From the NCBI GenBank assembly GCA_036630325.1, contig CP142726.1:1116001-1180000 (forward strand): a DNA stretch of 64,000 nucleotides. Reading direction: 5' to 3'. Under the pieces are notes generated by a model. The model ran no database searches, was not told the origin of the DNA, and saw only the letters and a program-made list of their open reading frames with translations. Numbering within the stretch: the first letter of the stretch is position 1; each line of letters opens with the position of its first letter. This DNA is from Vairimorpha necatrix (taxonomy: Eukaryota). This document shows positions 44,294 through 56,090 of this stretch, in pieces. The position numbers and the translations under genes were made by a program.

Positions 44294-44737
44294 TTATTGT
44301 GTGTAAATTACCATTTCTCGCTCTTTTTCTTTAAATCCACATTTCTCATAAAATTTCTTATTTTTCTCTTCACACACTAGTGCTATTTTGTAACATTCCT
44401 TTCTCTTCCCATAATCCAGTAAATGTTCTATAATTCTTTTTCCTATTCCTAGTCCCCTTTTCTCTTTTAATACTACGATGTCTTCTATGTGGCCTTTTAC
44501 TGAGCAGCCTCTTATAAATTTATATTCTAAGAATATTGTCCCGCTTCCCAAGATTCTACCTGTAGAATCTTGGGCTACTACAACGTGGTAATCTTTCTTA
44601 TTTTTCAGAAGATCCAGTCTCTGAGTAAATGTCTCCTTGTCTATCTCTACTGGTGTAGTGAGTTCATTTATACATGTGATGTATCCTGCGTCATAATCTT
44701 CTAGTTTTAATTCTCTTAAAGTGTAATTCTCCTTCAT
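44294..44737 (-). CDS. GNA1: Glucosamine-6-phosphate N-acetyltransferase
   Basis: LEYKFIRG...GHIEDIVV...RGLGIGK...CYKIAL.C...FYEKCGF. Confidence 0.95.
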   Translation of the reverse strand: MKENYTLRELKLEDYDAGYITCINELTTPVEIDKETFTQRLDLLKNKKDYHVVVAQDSTGRILGSGTIFLEYKFIRGCSVKGHIEDIVVLKEKRGLGIGKRIIEHLLDYGKRKECYKIALVCEEKNKKFYEKCGFKEKEREMVIYTQ

Positions 44738-44908
44738 GAGGATGATGACGAAATTTCTTATAAATTAAAAAAAGGAGAAACGCATGACAGCTGAAAAAAT
44801 GAAACAAGCTTCAAGATTTAGCATCTACATTAAAAATAAAATTAAATTAGTTTATTAAATTATTATAACAAATTAGTTTAATTTTTTTTTAGTTTAATTA
44901 GTTTTAGT

Positions 44909-45340
44909 TTAATTGTAACTTCTTATTCCACAAATTCGTTTCATGTGCATAAAACTTAGTTTGGGAATTGTCACCATTAAAAGACTCAAAAAATACACAA
45001 ATAATATCCCATAATTCCAAGACACAAGCTTATTTACAATTACAAATAAAAGGGCAGGGTAGAGAGCGAGAAATCTCACTTGTAATGCGTCGTCTGATTG
45101 TTCGACTATCTGCTCCCAGACTGTGTGGTTATAAAAGTCCTGGGAAAAAGGGTCGCCCACTTTCCAGTGGAAGAAATAAAAAGTTATCAAATTGTAAAAC
45201 AAAATGCTCAACTGCCAGCTCACATTTTCAGAAGAAAATTGGTAGATGGTCAATTTTAAAAGGACTACAAGAAGAATATGAAGAAACCAAGAACCCTTTT
45301 GAAATATCCAAGAGATATTTTCAGACATGTCTACCCTCAT
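44909..45340 (-). CDS. ORM1: ORM/ORMDL sphingolipid regulator
   Basis: KGSW, FFHWKVGDPF, TVWEQI, IPKL.FMHMKRI.GI. Confidence 0.9.
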   Translation of the reverse strand: MRVDMSENISWIFQKGSWFLHILLVVLLKLTIYQFSSENVSWQLSILFYNLITFYFFHWKVGDPFSQDFYNHTVWEQIVEQSDDALQVRFLALYPALLFVIVNKLVSWNYGILFVYFLSLLMVTIPKLSFMHMKRICGIRSYN

Positions 45341-45554
45341 AAAATAAAGGGGAGAGATTTAACTTTTATAAACATCATATATATAAATATAAATGTATAT
45401 ATATATAAATGTTTATATATTAGTTTAAAAATACTTATATTAGTCTTTAAAAAAACTTATATAAATTAGTCTTAAACATTTTAATATACAAATGTTTATA
45501 TATATTATAAATGTTTATATATTAGTCTAAAACTTATTTAATTTCTAATATTTA

Positions 45555-46814
45555 TTAGTCTTTAAAAAAGTTTAAATTTTGTTTGACGATTGATGACGTC
45601 ATCGCGTCGTGTTTTATAAAATCCTCTTCATTCTTAAATTTATATTTCGCATTTATCGCCAATTGATCATTCGTCATTACATAATAAATCGACTCATTAT
45701 TATTAAGCGCCACTGCTTCTCTGTTTCGTATTAATTTCTCTAAATATTTATCATCTTCTAATAAATATTTAGAAATGAAAAACCTTCTAAATGTCTCAAA
45801 ATATAATTCTGTATCTTTTTCTAAATATAAAAAATCTTCATCACTTTCTAAATTATTCTCAAAATATACTTCTGTATCTTTTTCTAAATTATTCTTAAAA
45901 TATACTTCTGTATCTTTTTCAAAATTATTCTCAAAAATATTCTTAACTTTATTCTGAAAATTATTCTTTAAATCATTCTTAAAATTATTCTTAAAATCTA
46001 CTTCTGTATCTTTTTCTAAATTATTCTCAAAATTATTTTTATATTTGGAAAATTGTAAAATTCTGTCACAAATATAAGATTTTAAATATATTTGTAAATT
46101 ATCAATTCGCCAATCAATATAAGTATAAGGAGATATTTTATATGTAGAAAATAATAAGAAATCTTCATTGTAAAAATAATCTCCAATTTTGTAACAAGTT
46201 ACATTTTTAAAATCTATTTTTAATTTCTTAAAAATTTTTATATTTGGAAAAATTTTCTGGAATTTACAAGTTAATAAACCAGAGTCAATTATTAAAGAGC
46301 GGCATTTTAATACATCGACAATATAAAGGAAACCAGAATTAGATAAAATAGAAATATAACAAACATAAGGATTATAAGATCTATAAGAATGATCAAAGAC
46401 ATCAATAAGATAAAAATCTAGAGAAGAAAGCATATTATTAAAGGAAACTGAATCATCAACCATTTTGATATTATCAATTTTGAAATTTATAGTAAAATTG
46501 AAAATGTGGTCACATTTAAGATTTTCATCTTTGATAAATTTATTCTGCAAAATTTTACCGGTCTTACTGAAAATTGATACAATTTCGTCATTGTAAACAA
46601 ACATCGAGACATTTTGTTTGTCAATATTCTTTTCATTTGTATTTATTTCTTTATAAATTAGAGATTCATCAAATTTATAAATTGATTTGATTTCTCTTAT
46701 TTTGGAGAGTAAATCTCTAAAATATTCTTTATCAATTTTGGTATCATTAGATTTCTTGATTAATTTATTAAGATTGTTAATGAATTTCTGGGCTGTATGG
46801 GCAAGTTTCTTCAT
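45555..46814 (-). CDS. Divergent Rrp6-like 3'-5' exonuclease/HRDC protein with internal repeats
   Basis: IDVFDHSYRSY...VCYISI...YIVDVLKCR, DWRI, and HRDC-like REAVALNNNESIYYVMTND. Confidence 0.65.
   Translation of the reverse strand: MKKLAHTAQKFINNLNKLIKKSNDTKIDKEYFRDLLSKIREIKSIYKFDESLIYKEINTNEKNIDKQNVSMFVYNDEIVSIFSKTGKILQNKFIKDENLKCDHIFNFTINFKIDNIKMVDDSVSFNNMLSSLDFYLIDVFDHSYRSYNPYVCYISILSNSGFLYIVDVLKCRSLIIDSGLLTCKFQKIFPNIKIFKKLKIDFKNVTCYKIGDYFYNEDFLLFSTYKISPYTYIDWRIDNLQIYLKSYICDRILQFSKYKNNFENNLEKDTEVDFKNNFKNDLKNNFQNKVKNIFENNFEKDTEVYFKNNLEKDTEVYFENNLESDEDFLYLEKDTELYFETFRRFFISKYLLEDDKYLEKLIRNREAVALNNNESIYYVMTNDQLAINAKYKFKNEEDFIKHDAMTSSIVKQNLNFFKD
45790..46040 (-). repeat. Coding tandem repeat (36-bp and 12-bp units; ENNLEKDTEVYF, KNNF/KNDL)
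   Basis: Repeated CTTCTGTATCTTTTTCTAAATTATTCT(C/T)AAAAT units on the + strand. Confidence 0.85.
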
Positions 46815-47237
46815 GGGCTTTTTTATTTATAAAAAAAATATAGCATGAATGAAATTGACACGTACTAGACATTATAGGAAATATTGATTTGTAAATTGAA
46901 CATTGCATTTATTTACAAGTGGAAAATTTATCTTTTTACCTTGCTGAATAATATTAAGATTGAAAAAAAAACAGGCATCACTATATTTATTATGTTGAGG
47001 ATCTCGTAAGTCCTTCTGGCCCCTATGTAAAATTAAGATTTATTAGACCTTGGAGTCTTTATTTATGTTGAGGATCTAGTGAATCCTTCTGGTCTTTTTG
47101 TGATATATTTTTAGGTGCCCTTAGACCAGTGGTCAGAGGCGATGCTTTTATTGTGCAATGACTTGGTTTTTATCCCAGGGAGCCAAAATTGTTTCTACTT
47201 TCTATGATGCAGTTGGAACGACTCAGATGATGAAACC

Positions 47238-47775
47238 TGTGTGCGTCCAGCAATAAGGGAATTATCACTTAGTGTAAAAACGCACCTCAAACCAAAAAAA
47301 AACAGTATCCTTCTCGTGCGGCTTAATGATACATAAAAGTATATAATGGATACGGCATGGTTGGTGCTCTCTAATGTAATATTTAGCTAACTTAGTGACT
47401 AGATGAAGTAGGGCAGCAATAGGTCTTAACCCCCATCCTACAAGATTCGGTAATACGGTGGCCGAAACTAGTGGTCAATGCAGCTCAATTAAAATGCCGG
47501 GCTAATTATGTGGTTGTGTAAAGTGCCGTGTTTGAGCTACAGTTGATTGTACGGATTTTAAAGATAGTACGATGATGTCGTTTTCGGGTTAAAAAAACTA
47601 TGCCAATTAGGTATGTCCGCTGTGCATCACTCTGGACGTGATTTGAGGTATAAATGGAAAAGTTCTTCTAATGCCCAAGTCCAATAGATTCGACGGAGCT
47701 TACTAGACCGACAAATTATATAGAGAGCTTTAATGAGTAATTATCATACAGTATTAGTCGGATAAGGATCACACA
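47238..47775 (+). mobile_element. Dispersed ~530-bp TG..CA repeat, copy 2 (solo-LTR-like)
   Basis: Begins TGTGTGCGTCC and ends GGATCACACA (short terminal inverted repeat). Collinear with the copies at 14511 and 58301. Confidence 0.7.
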
Positions 47776-48765
47776 TAAATTCCTCTGGTCTTCATGTTAG
47801 GTTTCTCCCTACCTCTTACTTGCAAAATAAGAAAAAAAGTAATATTTATTTTTAATTTTAACTATAAATAAATTGATATTGTTAACTTATTATATTATAG
47901 ATAAGTTAACTGAAATGTGTCAATGATCAAAGCCTAATTTCGCTGAATTTTCTATAATATAAATAAATGGATAATGCCCGAATAAATCTCATCAAGCACA
48001 AATAATTACCATCTTTATAGGTAGATCTTTATGTGTGACCTTTGTTACTATCGTGACGGTAGAGTTAAATAGTCTGTTTAAATTTACAACATGCTTTTAG
48101 ACCATTCTTGAATTGTAAAAGTCATGTGGATACGCCTCAAAAGATTTTCATTCGAGATCACGTTTTTTCATGTGCAAATATACAACCTACTTTATAGGCT
48201 CAGAAAAAGCTTTAAAGTTTATTAAGGTGCAACATAAAACACTATGCATTTAATTTCATCTCGACAATTAGTAGACCAAAGATTCGATTTTACAAAAAAA
48301 CCTCATTTCAATTGTATACCTTCGGCATTAATTGTTTACAGATTTCTACGACTTAAAATCGACTCCCGCGATTTTTATCCATAAGACCATACTAAATACA
48401 TTTTTAAACTCAAAGAAGTTAAAATAAAAATAGTTGAACATTTGATTTTCAAAGTTTATCATAAATATTTATTTTAACGTTCTCGGCCCATATGTTAACT
48501 AATATTTTATAAAGAATAATACGGACATTAAGGTAAACAATACGATATTAATAAGAGGAAATTGTGACTACATAATGGTAATAGAAATATTATGTCTTTG
48601 TGAGCAACTTCGGCAAATTATAGACACCTTTGTTACAGGATAACTTTTAGTTTTGAAAAATACCTCGCCATGACCTCCCGCATTGCTTAAAAACGCACAA
48701 TATTTTCTTAATACTAAATAAAAGGGTTTAATTTTTCTTTCTAAATTTGTTATCTTATTTTTAGT

Positions 48766-49227
48766 TTATTTGCTGACAGTTAAAATTCTGTAAAATTCCC
48801 ACCCGAGGCAGAAAATTAATATAGCGAAAAAGAATACTCTTTTACTTGGCCCTTCATATGTTCTTATATCTAGTGTCGTCCCTCCAAATGATCTCGTATT
48901 CACTAACAACGAAGGCCTGATTATTTTGATAGGTTTAGTATATTTGATATATTTCTCTGGATTATTTCTGTCATAAATATTTAAGTCGTACAAACTTACG
49001 TGTTTTCGACACTGAGGACATTCGTGGAAATTTGTGGAATACCATTCGTAAATACAAATCCAACAATAAATGTGACCACAAGAAGTCACCACTGGATTTC
49101 TAAATACTTCTAAACATATTGAACAAATATAATTTATCTTAGAGTTTTTTGATAATTCATCATTGAAAAGAAGAAGCGCATTCTTTTTTCTTAGAAATTT
49201 TTTATCAAGTTTTTTTTTAAAATCCAT
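48766..49227 (-). CDS. C3HC4 RING E3 ligase with C-terminal TM segment (RNF5/RNF185-like)
   Basis: Start at CCCCTTCAA-ATG. CSICL...PVVTSCGHIYCWICIYEW...CPQCR; hydrophobic C-terminus. Confidence 0.85.
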   Translation of the reverse strand: MDFKKKLDKKFLRKKNALLLFNDELSKNSKINYICSICLEVFRNPVVTSCGHIYCWICIYEWYSTNFHECPQCRKHVSLYDLNIYDRNNPEKYIKYTKPIKIIRPSLLVNTRSFGGTTLDIRTYEGPSKRVFFFAILIFCLGWEFYRILTVSK

Positions 49228-49303
49228 TTGAAGGGGCGAGACATAAAAAAAATTTATAATCAAAAATATAAATGTAAATAAGTTTAATTCTTTTTTAATT
49301 TGT

Positions 49304-51313
49304 CTATTTTTTTAATGTTCTTTGTTTTTCTGGATTTATAATAATTTTTTCATCTGTTAGAAGTCCTTTCGTCTTTCTGAGCTCTAAAATGCTTTCACTG
49401 AAATCTAAATCATAAAAATATCCAAACTCTGATGACAAAATGTAAGCAGTCCCTTTTGTACAAATTCTTACTTCTTCAATAAAATCATCATATTCAAAAT
49501 GTGGAATCAAAATCGAAAGAACGTAAAAAGACATAATTTCGTCATAATCTTCACTTAATATTAAATTATGAAATTTCTGCAATTTGTTGTAAATATTTCC
49601 TAAAAATTCGTCTTGTATCGAAATTTTTAATTTATAAAAAAATGGCGCCACGGAAGGCTCGGCTTCAAAATAGGCATTTTTTATTTGTGATTTAATTTGA
49701 GAATATAAATCATCTTCATCTAATAAATCATTCTTAATTTCAAGATCCACTACGAATGTAGTGTCTCGAATATATTCAGAAATCATTGGACCTTCTAACG
49801 TATAAATTTCTAAAATACTCAAGACTAGTGCCTTGAATTTGTTTGTATGAACAACAAACCTATTATTAAACTCATCAATATAATCTTTATATTCTATATC
49901 TTCATTTTTATAAACTTGAATTTTTATTTTAAAATTTTCATTTTCAAAATTGTAAATTCCTCGTCCTTTTGGATATTCGCAAAAAAGATTCTCGTCTACG
50001 CTTCTTTGCACTGAAATTTCGCGAAATTTCAGATCTTCAATCATTTTTTCAACTTGTACTTTTCCTGCTGATAAAATGTCTATTTCATTATATTTATTGA
50101 TTTTAATCTTTAAACATTGTTCTGTATGAACTAAAACTCTCAAAATATCTTTTAATTCTTCCATTTGATCTTTATTTTCTGGTACTAAAATAGATTTGTA
50201 AAACGGATGAATTTTTTCAGAATGTGTAAAATTTATTAATTTGTCTGAGAAAAAAGGCGTATTTTTCTTTATATCAGCTTTTATACAAATTAAATTCGAC
50301 CCAGAGACTTCTTCTACCTCTTCAAATTCATTTATTTTAAATTTAAAAATTTTTCGAATTTTAATAAGACCGTGTTCAGAGTAAAAATTTTCATTTTTAG
50401 AAATTTTTCCTTGAAAAATTCTAGTTATAAAAATCAGATTATCTTTTTCATAAACATGTGGTTTCTCTAAAATCCCAAGTGATACGAAACAGACAGTCTG
50501 GTTTTCTATTGGTTCATTTAGTTTTAGAGGTACAGAAGAATCAAAAAGATATTTTTTAAAAGTATTTGGTTCGTAAACATGTTCAATACAATCGAATATT
50601 GTAGTAGATAAAGGCATAATTGTACTTAATATATTTTTTCTAGTAGGTTTTAGGATATTAAAACGTGTGCAAATTTTTTCATATTTCTTATTTTTAATTT
50701 GTTCTTCTAAAAAATATATAAATTTTGTAGTTGTTTCTATGTCTGTAAAATTCTTTTTCAGAATATTTAGGCTACTTTTAAAACTAATTCCGTAACAGAA
50801 TGTCGCACTAGATAAAATAATGTTATTATTTTCCCAAGTGAAAATTTTTTCACCTACCATACTATTTAAAAATAATAAAATTTTTTCTATTTTTTCAATA
50901 GCTTCGTCATATGTTTCTATTTTATCAATTTTGTTTATAATTAAGACAGTATATTTATTTCTTATGTAATTGATTAGTGAATATGTTCTTGGTGTAATTC
51001 CTTCTACTATGTCGATTACAATTAAAAAACAATCAGAAAGAAGCGAACTGCTTTCTACGAGGAATTCAAAGTCGACATGCCCAGGCGTGTCCAAAATTAA
51101 ATGTTCTATAATGTCTTGTTTTATAGAAAGTGCGCTTAGTTTTAGTGTTATTCCTCTTTTTTGTTCGTCTTCTCTTGTGTCCATGTATCTCATTTCGCCA
51201 GCTAGTGATTTTGATAATTTGCCTTTATGAGCTACTAAACTGTCTATTAAAGTTGTTTTTCCATGGTCTATGTGTGCTATTACACTTGTTATAATAACTT
51301 TATCTTTTTCCAT
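49304..51313 (-). CDS. RIA1: EF-2-like ribosome maturation GTPase Efl1/Ria1
   Basis: Start at CCC-ATG. AHIDHGKTTL.DSL, RYMDTREDEQKRGIT, DTPGHVDF, NKID, and the Efl1-type C-terminus RKTKGL..EKII..EKQRTLKK. Confidence 0.85.
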   Translation of the reverse strand: MEKDKVIITSVIAHIDHGKTTLIDSLVAHKGKLSKSLAGEMRYMDTREDEQKRGITLKLSALSIKQDIIEHLILDTPGHVDFEFLVESSSLLSDCFLIVIDIVEGITPRTYSLINYIRNKYTVLIINKIDKIETYDEAIEKIEKILLFLNSMVGEKIFTWENNNIILSSATFCYGISFKSSLNILKKNFTDIETTTKFIYFLEEQIKNKKYEKICTRFNILKPTRKNILSTIMPLSTTIFDCIEHVYEPNTFKKYLFDSSVPLKLNEPIENQTVCFVSLGILEKPHVYEKDNLIFITRIFQGKISKNENFYSEHGLIKIRKIFKFKINEFEEVEEVSGSNLICIKADIKKNTPFFSDKLINFTHSEKIHPFYKSILVPENKDQMEELKDILRVLVHTEQCLKIKINKYNEIDILSAGKVQVEKMIEDLKFREISVQRSVDENLFCEYPKGRGIYNFENENFKIKIQVYKNEDIEYKDYIDEFNNRFVVHTNKFKALVLSILEIYTLEGPMISEYIRDTTFVVDLEIKNDLLDEDDLYSQIKSQIKNAYFEAEPSVAPFFYKLKISIQDEFLGNIYNKLQKFHNLILSEDYDEIMSFYVLSILIPHFEYDDFIEEVRICTKGTAYILSSEFGYFYDLDFSESILELRKTKGLLTDEKIIINPEKQRTLKK

Positions 51314-51585
51314 GGGTGAAATGACCACTAGATTTTTTAACTAAAAAAACACCAATAAAAAATTTTTATGAATATTTTTAATCTTTTTTATTGAGTAAAA
51401 AGGTATGTATAATTTGCTTTTAAATTTATAGATCTACATGTAGTTAAGTTTATAGACCATTTTTATACCTTACAAAATAGGTTAAAAACGAGTAATAACT
51501 TTTAAAATATTATTTTTTTACTAAAAAAAATATAAAAATGTGTTTTGTCACTTTGAGATTCCTAGTCTTATTTTCTTACCCTAAA

Positions 51586-52779
51586 ATGTCAAGTGAAAAT
51601 AATTCCAATCTTTTTGATGACAGTGATGCCACACTTTTGTACACAAAAGTTGAAGACAAAAATCCACTTACAGAAATTCTGGACAGAATGAACGGCCTGT
51701 CTCTCGCTGCACTAAGTCCTCAAAAACAAGACATTTCAATAGCAGACAGCACCACAGAAATAGAAATAAATGAAGAAAATAAAGAAGAAGATGTTGTTTA
51801 TTTACAATGTTTTGTAAAAACAATTAGAAATTTACAAAAAAAATTTAATAAACTATTAAAAAATAAATTTGTCCACAAGGAAACTTTAAATGGAATTTAT
51901 GAAAAATTACAACAAGGAGACCAAGAAAGTGTAAAAAAATCATTAGAAAATATTTTAGAGAAAAAAACCATAAAAAATATAAAACAAACAGAAATGTATA
52001 ATTTTATACATTTAACATTCCCCATGTTGTATAAAGAAATTATAGGAAATTTAGAAAATTTGGATGTTTTAAAAAAGGCGATTTTTGATTCAAGTAAAAC
52101 AATTTTAGAAAAATATCATGAAGATACGGAAAAAATAAAGAAAAATGAAGAAGATTTTAAAAATCAAATAATGAAATTTAAACTAGAAACAGAAAACATA
52201 TTAAACCTAACAAATAGTAATCGAGTAGATACATCTAAAACAAATATAAATAGTAATGTAATGGACAGGTTAAGCATTGATGAGTTTTTTAATGATTTAA
52301 CTAAGAAAATAAAAGACCTCTTTAAAGATTTACAAAATTTTAAAAAAGAAAACGAATCTTTAAAAAATAATTCAGAAATCGAAGATTTAAAAAAACAACT
52401 TGAAGATAAAAAGTCGACTATAAAACAATTACAATCCCAAAATATTTCATTTTCTGAAGTTATTACAAAAGTAGACACTACAAATATAAAATTAAAAAAA
52501 GAATGCGTAATTTTAGGAACTGAATATAAAAAAGTCGTAGATTCTTTAAAATCTAAAAATTCGATCATAGAAAAACAGAAAAAATTACTTGAAGTTTTAC
52601 AAACTCAAGTAGGAAAAAAACAAAATTTCCCAATTGACGAGCTTAAAAAAAAGATAGAAAAATTGAAGCATAAAATTGAGAATGAAAATTCTGAAGAAAA
52701 AATTTATAAATTGAGAAAAGAAAAAGAAGATTATTTAAAAAGAATAAAAGATTATGAAGAACTAAACAAGAAAATGTAA
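51586..52779 (+). CDS. Coiled-coil hypothetical protein, ~397 aa
   Basis: Start at CCCTAAA-ATG; long K/E-rich heptads. Confidence 0.75.
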   Translation: MSSENNSNLFDDSDATLLYTKVEDKNPLTEILDRMNGLSLAALSPQKQDISIADSTTEIEINEENKEEDVVYLQCFVKTIRNLQKKFNKLLKNKFVHKETLNGIYEKLQQGDQESVKKSLENILEKKTIKNIKQTEMYNFIHLTFPMLYKEIIGNLENLDVLKKAIFDSSKTILEKYHEDTEKIKKNEEDFKNQIMKFKLETENILNLTNSNRVDTSKTNINSNVMDRLSIDEFFNDLTKKIKDLFKDLQNFKKENESLKNNSEIEDLKKQLEDKKSTIKQLQSQNISFSEVITKVDTTNIKLKKECVILGTEYKKVVDSLKSKNSIIEKQKKLLEVLQTQVGKKQNFPIDELKKKIEKLKHKIENENSEEKIYKLRKEKEDYLKRIKDYEELNKKM

Positions 52780-52937
52780 ATGATAAATAAACAAATAGGA
52801 AAATCTGAATTGTAAATTTTTAATAGATAGAAAACAATAAAATATTAAATTTTAAATTCAAAAAAAATGAAATAAACAAATCTAAAATAATTATTTCAAA
52901 ATAAATTTGTAACAAATATTTCAAAATCAAAAATTTT

Positions 52938-55900
52938 TTATTGAGTTCTTAAGATAACTTTAAATTTCTTATTTTCAAATGTAAATAAATCTTGTCTTGT
53001 TTCATCTTCACATGGACTTACAATTTTCCCTTGTGTACTAAAATTTATAGAATAAAATTTCAAAGTCGCCTTTTTGACAAATTCATTGGCAATTTCGACA
53101 TTTACAGAATCTTCAATTTTGAGTCCACAAGATTTCCTTAATTTCTGTATAAAACTGTTAAATTCTCTCGCTGTTTTCTTTTCTATAACTTCGTTGTCTA
53201 TCGTGTCGTCAATTAAAATGACATATTCTTTCATTGCTTTACAAAGTCCCGTAGGATAAGACACATTTTTCTCAATTAAAACATTTTCTCGTTTTATGTC
53301 AAACATTGTCTCTGATAAATTTGCATTATTTAGTGCTTTGATTTCTTCTTGGTTTAAATTTTTTATCATTTTTATATTTTTCCCCATAGATTTCTCGTCT
53401 TTCTTTAGATTTTCGAAACAAGGCTTGGCTTTGTACTCGATTTTCAGTTCTTTGACTTCTTTTTCGTTTATAAATTTCAGATTTAATAAATGGCATTCTT
53501 TGATGATCGTGTTGGCATATTTTTCTACTTCATTTAAAAATGAAGTCTCGGAAATAATTCTGACTTCTTTTAGTGGTGTCTTTAGACTTATCGTATGTTT
53601 ATCTCTCAGATATCTTATTGTGTCAATAATTTCTTTTGACTTATTGAAACTATGAGTCATAATTTTGTTTACTTTCGGGTAGATTTCAAAATGCACTGAT
53701 TGAATTTCTTTTGTCTCTTTTTTATTTGATCTTGCTTTTATTGATAGGACACATTGGTAACAATATTCACTGAAAAATGGAACAAAAGGAGCCAAGACGA
53801 CACTAAAGCCTTTTAGAATGTCTGACAATACTCTCGTATTTCCAGCTCTGATTTCTTCCCTGTGAATTCTAAGGTACCAATTTGACAAATCATCAATAAA
53901 TTTCAAGGCAAGTCCCTGGACTTTTGACAATTCGTATTTGTCCATCAGCGAACTGACTGAAGAGACGAAGGAATTGAAACTGTGTTTAATCCAAGAGTCC
54001 AATTCTAATTCTTGTTCTGATTTTTCTGGCGCTGACTCATTGTAAAATTTTAAAATGTTCATCCATGGAATTATCAAGCTTTTACTGACGTCTTTGACGC
54101 CGTCTTCTCTAAAAGTCAAATTATCGGCCTCTACAACAGGAGACGAAACCAAATACATTCTCAGACTATCAGCCCCATAAGAACGCATGACAATATTCGG
54201 GTCAGGATAATTTTTATCTTTTTTAGACATTTTCTTATTATTTTCAGCTAGTACAATTCCATTGACTATGACATTTTTAAAGGCAGGTTTATCAAACAAT
54301 AAAGTAGAAATGACGTGTAAAGTGTAAAACCACCCTCTTGTTTGATCAATTCCTTCACCTATAAAATCTGCCGGGAAATTTTCCAGTTTTTTATTATCGT
54401 AGTAAATCACTTCTTGATTTATTAAATTATTATTTTCATCAATTTCTTGTTCTAGTAAATTTAAATCAAATTTGTCTGTTTCTTTAAATGGCCAATTATT
54501 TTGTCCGTATGGCATACTCCCAGACTCGAACCAGCAATCAAAGACTTCAGGAATTCTTCTTAAAGATTTCCCATTTACAGTCAAAACTATGTCGTCAATA
54601 AATTCCATGTGTAAATCCGAAATTTCTCTACCACTGAGTTTTGATAATTCGTCCGCAGATTCCACGCACAAAATTTCACTGAAATCTTCATTGGCCCAAA
54701 TTGGAATTGGTGTCCCCCAAAATCTAGTCCGAGAAAATGCCCAATCTTTGGCATTTTCCAACCAGTGACCAAATTTCTTATATTTTATATTTTTAGGTAT
54801 CCAATTTATCATTTCATTATTTTTCACTAATTTGTCTACAGAATCTGAGACTCTAATAAACCAACTTGGAACAAGTTTGTAAATTAAAGGCGTCTCAGAT
54901 CTCCAACAAAAAGGATAATTGTGAATTATCTTTTTTTGTATTAAAATTTTCTCTTTTAAAAAATCTATGATTTTTTTATCTGCGTCTTTTATGTAAATTC
55001 CTTTAAAATCTTCTACTTCTTCTGTAAATCTTCCATTTTCATCAATCGGACAAGGGACCATGTCATTTTGTTTTATAAGTTTGTTTTCTACAAAACAATT
55101 GTAATCTTCTTCACCAAATGCAGGGGCAGCGTGGACAATTCCTGTACCATCTTGGTCAGAGACGAAATTCCCTTCTAGTACTCTAAAAAATCCTCTATTT
55201 CTTAATTCTTCGAAATATTCAAAAGGCTGCTCATATTCCAAATTTAGTAAAATTTCGCCCTTAAAAGATTCGTGCTTGATGACGTCTTTTTTAAACCACT
55301 CGTCGATTTTATTGGAAAGCATGACGTAATATTTTTTATTAATTTCGAATATTTGGTACTCGAAATTCTTGTTTATAATTAAGCCGCAATTTGAAGGAAG
55401 AGTCCACGGGGTTGTAGTCCAAGCCAGTAGAGACACTTCTTTGTCAAAAAGAGGTGTTTTTAGTGGGAATGACACTACTACTGAAATATCCTTGACTTCT
55501 TTATAATTTGACTTGGCCTCTGAATTGCTCAGTGTCGTCATGCAGCCACTGGAAAAAGGCATGACTCTGTAGCCTCTGTAAATAAACCCTTTTTTATACA
55601 ACTGGGAGAAAATATACCAGACACTAGCCATGAAACTTCTGTCCATTGTTTTATACCCATTGTCAAAATCAACCCATCTTCCCATTTTCTCTACTGTGTC
55701 TTTCCACTCATTACTAAATTTCATGACTATTGATTTACATTCTGCATTGTATTTGTCAATGCCCATTTCTAAAATTTGACTCTTCTGGTTTATGCCCAAT
55801 TTCTTGTCAATTTCAAATTCCACAGGAAGGCCATGGCAGTCCCAGCCGAATCTTCTGTCTACATGTTTGTCATGTTGGTATTGATATCTAGTAACAATAT

Positions 55901-56090
55901 CTTTCACTGTACCAGCTAGTATATGGCCATAATGAGGAAGGCCAGTGGCGAAGGGAGGCCCATCGTAGAAAGTGTATCTCTTTTTATTTTTACTCAACTC
56001 ATTGCTCTTTTCAAAACATTTGTTGTCTTTCCAAAATTTCAGAATTTTGGACTCGATTTCGTTCATGCTGAAATTAAAATTGAAATCCAT
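52938..56090 (-). CDS. ILS1: Isoleucyl-tRNA synthetase (eukaryotic cytosolic type)
   Basis: [65 protein letters not shown]. Confidence 0.97.
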   Translation of the reverse strand: MDFNFNFSMNEIESKILKFWKDNKCFEKSNELSKNKKRYTFYDGPPFATGLPHYGHILAGTVKDIVTRYQYQHDKHVDRRFGWDCHGLPVEFEIDKKLGINQKSQILEMGIDKYNAECKSIVMKFSNEWKDTVEKMGRWVDFDNGYKTMDRSFMASVWYIFSQLYKKGFIYRGYRVMPFSSGCMTTLSNSEAKSNYKEVKDISVVVSFPLKTPLFDKEVSLLAWTTTPWTLPSNCGLIINKNFEYQIFEINKKYYVMLSNKIDEWFKKDVIKHESFKGEILLNLEYEQPFEYFEELRNRGFFRVLEGNFVSDQDGTGIVHAAPAFGEEDYNCFVENKLIKQNDMVPCPIDENGRFTEEVEDFKGIYIKDADKKIIDFLKEKILIQKKIIHNYPFCWRSETPLIYKLVPSWFIRVSDSVDKLVKNNEMINWIPKNIKYKKFGHWLENAKDWAFSRTRFWGTPIPIWANEDFSEILCVESADELSKLSGREISDLHMEFIDDIVLTVNGKSLRRIPEVFDCWFESGSMPYGQNNWPFKETDKFDLNLLEQEIDENNNLINQEVIYYDNKKLENFPADFIGEGIDQTRGWFYTLHVISTLLFDKPAFKNVIVNGIVLAENNKKMSKKDKNYPDPNIVMRSYGADSLRMYLVSSPVVEADNLTFREDGVKDVSKSLIIPWMNILKFYNESAPEKSEQELELDSWIKHSFNSFVSSVSSLMDKYELSKVQGLALKFIDDLSNWYLRIHREEIRAGNTRVLSDILKGFSVVLAPFVPFFSEYCYQCVLSIKARSNKKETKEIQSVHFEIYPKVNKIMTHSFNKSKEIIDTIRYLRDKHTISLKTPLKEVRIISETSFLNEVEKYANTIIKECHLLNLKFINEKEVKELKIEYKAKPCFENLKKDEKSMGKNIKMIKNLNQEEIKALNNANLSETMFDIKRENVLIEKNVSYPTGLCKAMKEYVILIDDTIDNEVIEKKTAREFNSFIQKLRKSCGLKIEDSVNVEIANEFVKKATLKFYSINFSTQGKIVSPCEDETRQDLFTFENKKFKVILRTQ

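Noticed and set aside
44488-44508. U5 snRNA loop-like GCCTTTTAC
   Set aside because: Lies antisense inside the GNA1 CDS, with no U5 stem or Sm site.
17823-45340. Functional cluster of lipid and cell-wall genes (ECT1, PIG-A, deacetylase, PLD, GNA1, ORM)
   Set aside because: Interspersed with unrelated housekeeping genes; compatible with chance in a small genome.
47241-47775. Group II intron (GTGCG start) or hammerhead ribozyme (CTAGATGA...GAAAC) in the 530-bp repeat
   Set aside because: No domain V hairpin found; the core is CTAGATGA rather than CTGANGA and no consistent flanking stems are shared by the three copies.
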